Source: an uncultured Acidobacteriota bacterium (GTDB lineage Bacteria; Acidobacteriota; Thermoanaerobaculia; Multivoradales; UBA5704). Taken from it: a DNA stretch of 64,000 nucleotides. Location of the stretch: NCBI GenBank assembly GCA_963770895.1, contig CAVYRF010000002.1, forward strand, positions 5,280,001-5,344,000. The letters run 5' to 3'. Positions within the stretch are counted from its first letter, which is position 1. Each line of letters starts with the position of its first letter. The position numbers and the translations under genes are program-made. Below the pieces are notes generated by a model. The model made no database searches. It saw only the letters and a list, made by a program, of their open reading frames with translations, and was not told the origin of the DNA. Shown in pieces: positions 58,409 to 64,000 of the stretch.

Positions 58409-59968
58409 TCAGGCCAGTTGGACGGTGGCGGGCAGCGGCTGGTGCGGCGGCTGGGGATCGCCGGCGGCGCCCAGCAGGGCGGCCAGGCGGGCGCGGTCCA
58501 GGGAGCGGGGCAGGGCGACGCGGCCGAGGACGGTGCCGTCGGGGGCGGCGGCGCGCAGCTCGGTCCACAGCAGCGCCGACGACAGGCTGAGGCTGCCGCC
58601 GGCGGCGCCCGGCCCGGCGCCGGTTGCGGCGGCGGCCGGCGACCCGGTGGCGACGCCGGCCGCGGCGGCCGCAGGGGCGGCCAGCAGCGGCCAGGCGCGG
58701 CGGCGGCCGAAGGGCGAAACGGTGACGAAGGAGATCCCCTGGGGCGTGCGCAGCAGGCAGCCGTGGGTGCGGCGCGGCAGGCGAGCTACTTGGAGGGCGA
58801 TGGCGTCGGCGGCCACGACGACGCCGGCGATCTGGGTCTGGCTGGCCGGCGCGCGCTGGGCGAGCGGCGCGGCCAGCAGGTCGGCGGCGGCGCGGCGCGC
58901 CGCGGGATCGGTGCCGTAGTGGGCGACCAGGTGCGGGTCCAGGATCTGCGGGCGTAGCGCCGGCAGCAGCCAGGCCAGGCCGGGGCGCAGCAGGACGTGG
59001 AAGGCGAAGCTGAGCACGCGCAGCGCCCAGGGGGCGATCGCCAGCGCCGGCAGCAGCAGCAGGAAAGCCAGCACCGCGGCGGCGCCGGGGGCGAACAGGT
59101 AGAGGCAGAGGAAGCCCACGGTGAGGAGCTTTTTCACCGCTTCGAAGCCGAAGTCGATGAACGGCACGGGAATCAGCCAGATCAGCACGTCGCAGGCGTA
59201 GCGCGTCACCATCATCGCCGCCAGGCCGATGGACAGGCCCAAGGCGATCAGGGTGGCGATCGAGCCGTCGACAAATCCCATGTGCACGGCTGCCGTGTGC
59301 ACGGCGGCAAGGGTTCCCGCGGTTGCGGTCGGGGCCTCGGCGCCGGACGCGCCCGCTGCCGCGGTGGCCGCCGGCGCCGCGGCGGCAACTTTGAGCGCGC
59401 CGACCGACAGCGCGAAGTAGATGAGGGTCGAGGAGCTGTCCTCGATGACGCGCAGGAGCTTGCCGGCGACGCCGCGCACCTTGCCGGAGTTGGCCAGGAA
59501 GGTGATCAGCGCCAGCGCCAGAAACGTCAACAGCAGAGGCCAGCTCGCGTAGCGCTGCGATTCGCGGATCAGGGCGTTGTCGCGGAAGGCGCGGACCCAC
59601 GGATGGCGGGCGGCCTGGACGGTCTCCGAGCGCGCCGCGAGCCCCGCCGCCGACAGCGCCGCCAGGCCGAAGAAGGGCGTCGCCGCCACCGCCGGCAGCG
59701 GGCCGAGCAGCATTTCCGCGGTGCGGCGCAGGTCGTCGATGCGCCGCGCGTGGCGATCCAGCAGGTCCTGCTGCGCGCCGGCCGCGGTGTCGCCGGCGGG
59801 TGCGCCGGCGGGCGTGGCGGCCACGGCGCCCGCGGCGGCCGTACCGTCGCCGCCCGCGGCGCGGGCCATGCCGGCTGCCGCCGCGGGCGGACCGGCCAGG
59901 GCGATCGCCAGGACGAGCGCCAGGGCCGCCGGCCGGCAGAAAGCCCTGTGCCAGGGTGGGTTGCGCAT
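58409..59968 (-). CDS. hypothetical multi-pass membrane protein
   Basis: Signal peptide, several TM segments, LIWLIPVPFIDFGFE. Confidence 0.7.
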   Translation of the reverse strand: MRNPPWHRAFCRPAALALVLAIALAGPPAAAAGMARAAGGDGTAAAGAVAATPAGAPAGDTAAGAQQDLLDRHARRIDDLRRTAEMLLGPLPAVAATPFFGLAALSAAGLAARSETVQAARHPWVRAFRDNALIRESQRYASWPLLLTFLALALITFLANSGKVRGVAGKLLRVIEDSSSTLIYFALSVGALKVAAAAPAATAAAGASGAEAPTATAGTLAAVHTAAVHMGFVDGSIATLIALGLSIGLAAMMVTRYACDVLIWLIPVPFIDFGFEAVKKLLTVGFLCLYLFAPGAAAVLAFLLLLPALAIAPWALRVLSFAFHVLLRPGLAWLLPALRPQILDPHLVAHYGTDPAARRAAADLLAAPLAQRAPASQTQIAGVVVAADAIALQVARLPRRTHGCLLRTPQGISFVTVSPFGRRRAWPLLAAPAAAAAGVATGSPAAAATGAGPGAAGGSLSLSSALLWTELRAAAPDGTVLGRVALPRSLDRARLAALLGAAGDPQPPHQPLPATVQLA

Positions 59969-60075
59969 ACCCCATTGTAACGCTCGCCGCCGGCGGCGGC
60001 GCCGGGGCTTGTAACAATCGCGACGGCGCTGCGTAGCTCAGCCGTGATGCGGCGACGGGCCGGGAGGGTGCTGAG

Positions 60076-60972
60076 ATGGCGCGGTTGACGATCGAAAACC
60101 TGGGAAAGACCTATCGCGGCGGCTTGCAGGCGCTGGCGGACTTCAGTCTGGACCTGTCGCCCGGCGTGCTGGGGCTGCTGGGGCCGAACGGCGCCGGCAA
60201 GTCGACGCTGATGCGCATCCTGGCGACCATCACGCGGCCGACCAGCGGGCGGGTGCTGTGGGAGGGCGCCGACGTGTTCGCCGCGCCGCTCGCCTTGCGC
60301 AAGGCGCTCGGCTACCTGCCGCAGGATTTTGGCGTCTATCCCAATCTGAACGCGGTCGAGTTCCTGGAGTACCTGGCGGCGGTCAAACGGGTGCCGGCGC
60401 GGCAGGCGCGGGCCCGCATTCCGGAACTGCTGCAGCTGGTGGGGCTGACGGCGGCGGCGCGGCGGCCGCTGGGCGGCTTTTCGGGCGGCATGCGGCAGCG
60501 GGTGGGGATCGCGCAGGCGCTGCTGTCGGACCCGCGGCTGCTGATCGTGGACGAGCCGACGGTGGGGCTCGATCCCGAAGAACGGCTGCGCTTTCGCAAC
60601 CTTTTATCGGAGCTCGGCGGCGAGCGCATCGTGATCCTTTCCACCCACATCGTCTCCGACGTCGAGGCTGCCGCCTCGGCGATCGCGCTGATCGACCGCG
60701 GCCGCCTGCTGGCGCACGCGGCTCCCGAAGCGCTGCTGGCGGCGGTCGACGGCAAGGTCTGGGAGTGGGTGGTGGCGAGCGAACAGCTGGCGGCGGTCAA
60801 GGCGCGCTATCGCGTCACCGGCACGCTGCGGCGCGGCGACGGCGTGCACGTCCGCGTCGTGGCGGACGCCCCGCCGGATACGCCGGCGGTCGGCGCGGTC
60901 GCCGTGCCGCCGACCCTGGAAGACGCGTACCACTTCTACCTGGACCGCCACCGTGCGCCGGTGGCCGCATGA
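60076..60972 (+). CDS. ABC transporter ATP-binding protein
   Basis: GPNGAGKST, FSGGMRQR, IVDEPTVGLD, STHIVSD. Confidence 0.95.
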   Translation: MARLTIENLGKTYRGGLQALADFSLDLSPGVLGLLGPNGAGKSTLMRILATITRPTSGRVLWEGADVFAAPLALRKALGYLPQDFGVYPNLNAVEFLEYLAAVKRVPARQARARIPELLQLVGLTAAARRPLGGFSGGMRQRVGIAQALLSDPRLLIVDEPTVGLDPEERLRFRNLLSELGGERIVILSTHIVSDVEAAASAIALIDRGRLLAHAAPEALLAAVDGKVWEWVVASEQLAAVKARYRVTGTLRRGDGVHVRVVADAPPDTPAVGAVAVPPTLEDAYHFYLDRHRAPVAA

Positions 60973-62588
60973 GCGCCGTCCTGCGGGCCCTGGTCCAGGT
61001 CGCCGGGGCCGACCTGCGCGAACGGATGCGGCGCACCAGTTTTCTGGCCGCGGTCGCCGGCGCCGTCTACTTCGGCTACCTGATCGAGGCGGGCTACGTG
61101 TCGCTGACGGTCGAGCGTCAGCGCGGCATCATGAGCTCGGCGTGGGTCGGCATCCTGACGGCGCAGTCGCTGGCCCTGGTGTTGCCGCTGTTCGGCTTCT
61201 ACCTGGTCAAGAACACGCTCGAGCGCGACCGCCGTACCGGTGTCGGCGAGATCCTGGCCGCGTCGCCGCTCGGCAACCTGACCTACGCGGCAGGCAAGGC
61301 GCTGAGCAACCTGGCGGTGCTCGCGGCCCTGGCGCTGGTGCCGGCCGCCGGCGCGTTGCTGCTGCAGCTGACCGCCGGCGAAGAGCGGCACCTGGCGCTG
61401 GGCGCGCTGCTGTCGCCGCTGGTGTCGATCACCCTGCCGCCGCTGGCGCTGGTGGCGGCGGTGGCGGTGCTGTTCGAGACCCTGCCCTGGCTGCGCGGCG
61501 CTTTCGGCAACGTGGCCTTCTTCATCGGCTGGAACGTGCTGCTGGTGGCACCGCTGGAATCCGGCGCGCGCGCCTTCGACGTCATGGGCTTGAGCTTCGT
61601 GCGCGACGGCCTGTATCGCTCGCTGGGCCGGCCGGTCCCGACCACCATGCAGGCCAGCAACATGTCGCTGCAGATCGGGCCGGACCACGAGGCCCTGGTG
61701 GGGAGCTTTCACTGGCGGGGGCTCCTGTGGACCTGGCAGTTCGGCATGCGGATCGCGGCGGTCCTGGGCGTGGCGCTGGCCGTGGTCGCCGCCGCGGCGA
61801 TGCTGTCCGACCGTTTCGATCCTGCTCGCCGCCGGCCGCGCCGCGCCCGCCGCCGCCCCGACGGCGCGCCCGGTGCGGCCGGCGCGGCGGGCGCGGCGGT
61901 GGTGGCGGACGCCGACGGTGCCGCGGTGGCGCTGCCGGGGCGGCCGCGGCGCGCCCTGCTGCGGCTGCCGCACTGGAGCCCCGGCACCTCCTTCGGCGGC
62001 CTGGTCGTCGGCGAGCTGCGCCTGATGGTCGAAGGGCGCAACGCCTGGTGGACGCTGGCCGCGCTGGGCCTGCTGCTGGCCGGCTGGCTGGCGCCGCTGG
62101 AGGCGGTGCGCGACGGGCTGCTGCAGGTCGCGTGGCTGTGGCCGCTCGCCCTGTGGTCCGAGATGGGGGCGCGCGAGGCGCGCAACGGCACCGGCCCGCT
62201 GGTGTTCTGCGGTCCCTGGCCGCCGGCGGTCCACGCCCTGGCGATTTGGTGCGCCGGGGTCCTGGTCACCGCCGTCGCCGCGCTGGGTCCCGGCGTCCGG
62301 CTGGCGGCGGCGGGCGACGCGCGGGGCGCGCTCGCCTGGGCGGCGGCCTGCGCGTTCATCCCCAGCCTGGCCCTGGCGCTCGGCTCGTGGAGCGGCAGCA
62401 CCCGGCTGTTCGAGATCGCCTACCTGTCGCTGTGGTACATCGGCCCGATCAATCACGCCGCCGGGCTCGACTTCATGGGCGTCACCGCGGCGGCGCGCGC
62501 CGCCGGCAGCGGCTGGCTTTGGCTGGGCCTGGCGGCGGTGCTGCTGGCGGCCGGCATCGCCGGCCGCCGCAGGCTGGCGCAGAGCTGA
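60969..62588 (+). CDS. ABC-2-type permease
   Basis: ATGA overlap with the ATPase gene; many TM helices; ERDRRTGVGEILAASP. Confidence 0.8.
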   Translation: MSAVLRALVQVAGADLRERMRRTSFLAAVAGAVYFGYLIEAGYVSLTVERQRGIMSSAWVGILTAQSLALVLPLFGFYLVKNTLERDRRTGVGEILAASPLGNLTYAAGKALSNLAVLAALALVPAAGALLLQLTAGEERHLALGALLSPLVSITLPPLALVAAVAVLFETLPWLRGAFGNVAFFIGWNVLLVAPLESGARAFDVMGLSFVRDGLYRSLGRPVPTTMQASNMSLQIGPDHEALVGSFHWRGLLWTWQFGMRIAAVLGVALAVVAAAAMLSDRFDPARRRPRRARRRPDGAPGAAGAAGAAVVADADGAAVALPGRPRRALLRLPHWSPGTSFGGLVVGELRLMVEGRNAWWTLAALGLLLAGWLAPLEAVRDGLLQVAWLWPLALWSEMGAREARNGTGPLVFCGPWPPAVHALAIWCAGVLVTAVAALGPGVRLAAAGDARGALAWAAACAFIPSLALALGSWSGSTRLFEIAYLSLWYIGPINHAAGLDFMGVTAAARAAGSGWLWLGLAAVLLAAGIAGRRRLAQS

Positions 62589-62595
62589 CCCTGCG

Positions 62596-62624
62596 TTGAC
62601 GCCGGCGGCCGGGCGAGACATGAT
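62596..62624 (+). promoter_or_regulatory. sigma70-type promoter
   Basis: TTGACG-17 nt-CATGAT, about 30 nt upstream of the ATG at 62656. Confidence 0.5.
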
Positions 62625-62655
62625 GTCACTGGCTCTGGTGGGGAGAAGGGGAGCG

Positions 62656-64000
62656 ATGCGAACAAGCGCCAAGCTGCTTTGCCTCGGCCTGCTGCTGGCG
62701 GCATCCACCTCTCCGGCCTGGCCGCGCGCCGCGGGCTGGATTGCCGCCGCGGCGCCGGACGCAGCGGGGCCGACGCTCGCGATCGACCCGTCGAGCGGCC
62801 GCATCTACACCGCCACCGATGGCGAGCTGCGCCAATCGGCCGACGGCGGCGGCACCTGGCTCGCCAACCCAGCCGCCTTTCCCGCCGAGACCGCGATCGA
62901 AGCGCTGGCGCTCGACCCGTCGCAGCCGGCAACGATGTATGCCGGCAGCGACGACGGCATCTTCAAGACAACCGACGGCGGCGTCCACTGGAGCGCCGCC
63001 AACGCCGGCCTCCCGCCCGATCCCAAGATCGCCGCCCTGCTCGTCGATCCGGCGCGGCCCTCCACCGTGTATGCCGCGAGCGCCTACGGCGTCTTCAAGA
63101 CGACCGACGGCGGCGTCCACTGGAGCGCCGCGAGCGCCGGGCTTCGCGACACGACCTACGCTTACAGCCTCGCCCTTGCGCCCACCAATCCGGCCACCCT
63201 CTACGCCGGCGCCTACGATGGCCTCTACCGCAGCACCGACGGTGGCACCTCGTGGAGGGCCGTCGAATCGGGGCTCAGCGGCGAATCCGAGTTTCTGCAG
63301 TTCGATGGCCTGGCGATCGATCCTTTACACCCCGCGACGGTCTATGCCGGCAGCCGCTGCGCGATCTTCAAGTCCACCACCGCCGGCGCCACCTGGAGCC
63401 ACCTCTCAGGCGGCCTCCCGCCCTGCGCCGAGATGAACGACTTGGTCGTCGATCCGGCGCATCCAGCCGTCGTCTATGCGGGCTCCGACAGCGGCATCTT
63501 CAAGACGACCGACGGTGGCGCCACCTGGCACGCGCTCACCGCCCTCCGCACGCGCAGCCTGGCCCTCGATCCCGCGCACCCGGGCACGATCTACGCCAGC
63601 GCCGAGCGCGGCGTCTTCAAGAGTGTCGATGGCGGCATGAGCTGGAGCAACGCCGGCGGGCAGGTAACCGGCATCTTCACCCTGGCGATCGACTCCGCTC
63701 ATGGCAACCTTTATGCGAGCGCCTTGGATCACCTTTTCAAGAGCACGGACGGCGGCGCCAGCTGGCGCGACGCCATCGACGACGGCCGCGGCGGCCGCCC
63801 GCGAAGCCCCCACGTCGGCGCGATTGCGATCGACCCGGCGCGCCCCGGCACCCTCTACGCCGGCGCCCGCGAGGGCCTGTTCAAGAGCACGGACGGCGGC
63901 GCCACCTGGGCGATGCTCGAAAACGGCCCGCTCGACGAGTTCTCTCCGGTCCTGGCGCTGGCGCTCGATCCCTCGCACCCGACGACCTTGTACGCCAGCA
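62656..64000 (+). CDS. secreted BNR/Asp-box (VPS10/YCF48-like) beta-propeller protein, runs off the window
   Basis: MRTSAKLLCLGLLL signal; repeated LA.DP..P.T.YA...G.FK(S/T)TDGG..W units; missing from the ORF track because there is no stop codon. Confidence 0.9.
   Translation, partial: MRTSAKLLCLGLLLAASTSPAWPRAAGWIAAAAPDAAGPTLAIDPSSGRIYTATDGELRQSADGGGTWLANPAAFPAETAIEALALDPSQPATMYAGSDDGIFKTTDGGVHWSAANAGLPPDPKIAALLVDPARPSTVYAASAYGVFKTTDGGVHWSAASAGLRDTTYAYSLALAPTNPATLYAGAYDGLYRSTDGGTSWRAVESGLSGESEFLQFDGLAIDPLHPATVYAGSRCAIFKSTTAGATWSHLSGGLPPCAEMNDLVVDPAHPAVVYAGSDSGIFKTTDGGATWHALTALRTRSLALDPAHPGTIYASAERGVFKSVDGGMSWSNAGGQVTGIFTLAIDSAHGNLYASALDHLFKSTDGGASWRDAIDDGRGGRPRSPHVGAIAIDPARPGTLYAGAREGLFKSTDGGATWAMLENGPLDEFSPVLALALDPSHPTTLYAS

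Noticed and set aside
62760-64000. Recurrent TTCAAGA..ACCGACGGCGGC repeats as a possible CRISPR array
   Set aside because: Degenerate, codon-phased Asp-box repeats within a CDS; no cas genes
1-64000. rRNA, tRNA, integrase, transposase or prophage genes
   Set aside because: None recognised by eye; a tRNAscan/Infernal run would be needed to exclude small RNAs

Overview
Very GC-rich bacterial chromosomal DNA. The gene content points to an acidobacterium, probably Thermoanaerobaculia-like (inference). The signs are a duplicated ADOP-type permease, an IPTL-CTERM-tailed S53 protease and secreted proteins with the conserved 'LCL..GR..V...W' C-terminal domain. Housekeeping and accessory genes are mixed: rnc-asnS-EamA-kup, pal, clcA, trmL, trxB-AAA-VWA-sulfatase, sdaA, a 5'-3' exonuclease, a TetR-EmrB-TolC-EmrA efflux operon, ABC transporters, a DyP peroxidase and GH15. 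The most notable signal is three small orphan peptide genes that the ORF track does not call at their true starts, each with a strong RBS and an MKK leader. Two (8276-8446 + and 34859-35017 -) share an 'L.L.RET...L' leader and have Cys/Ser/Thr-rich cores, like lanthipeptide precursors. The third (48957-49121 -) has a Gly-Gly site and a tandem EPEPNPW repeat. No RiPP modification enzyme is recognisable in the window. Other features are a TA-flanked MITE with a collapsed second copy, several internally deleted or frameshifted genes, two putative TA/defence pairs, sigma54-type promoters and a TetR operator. No rRNA, tRNA or CRISPR array was seen. All family assignments come from motif recognition by eye, not from database searches.
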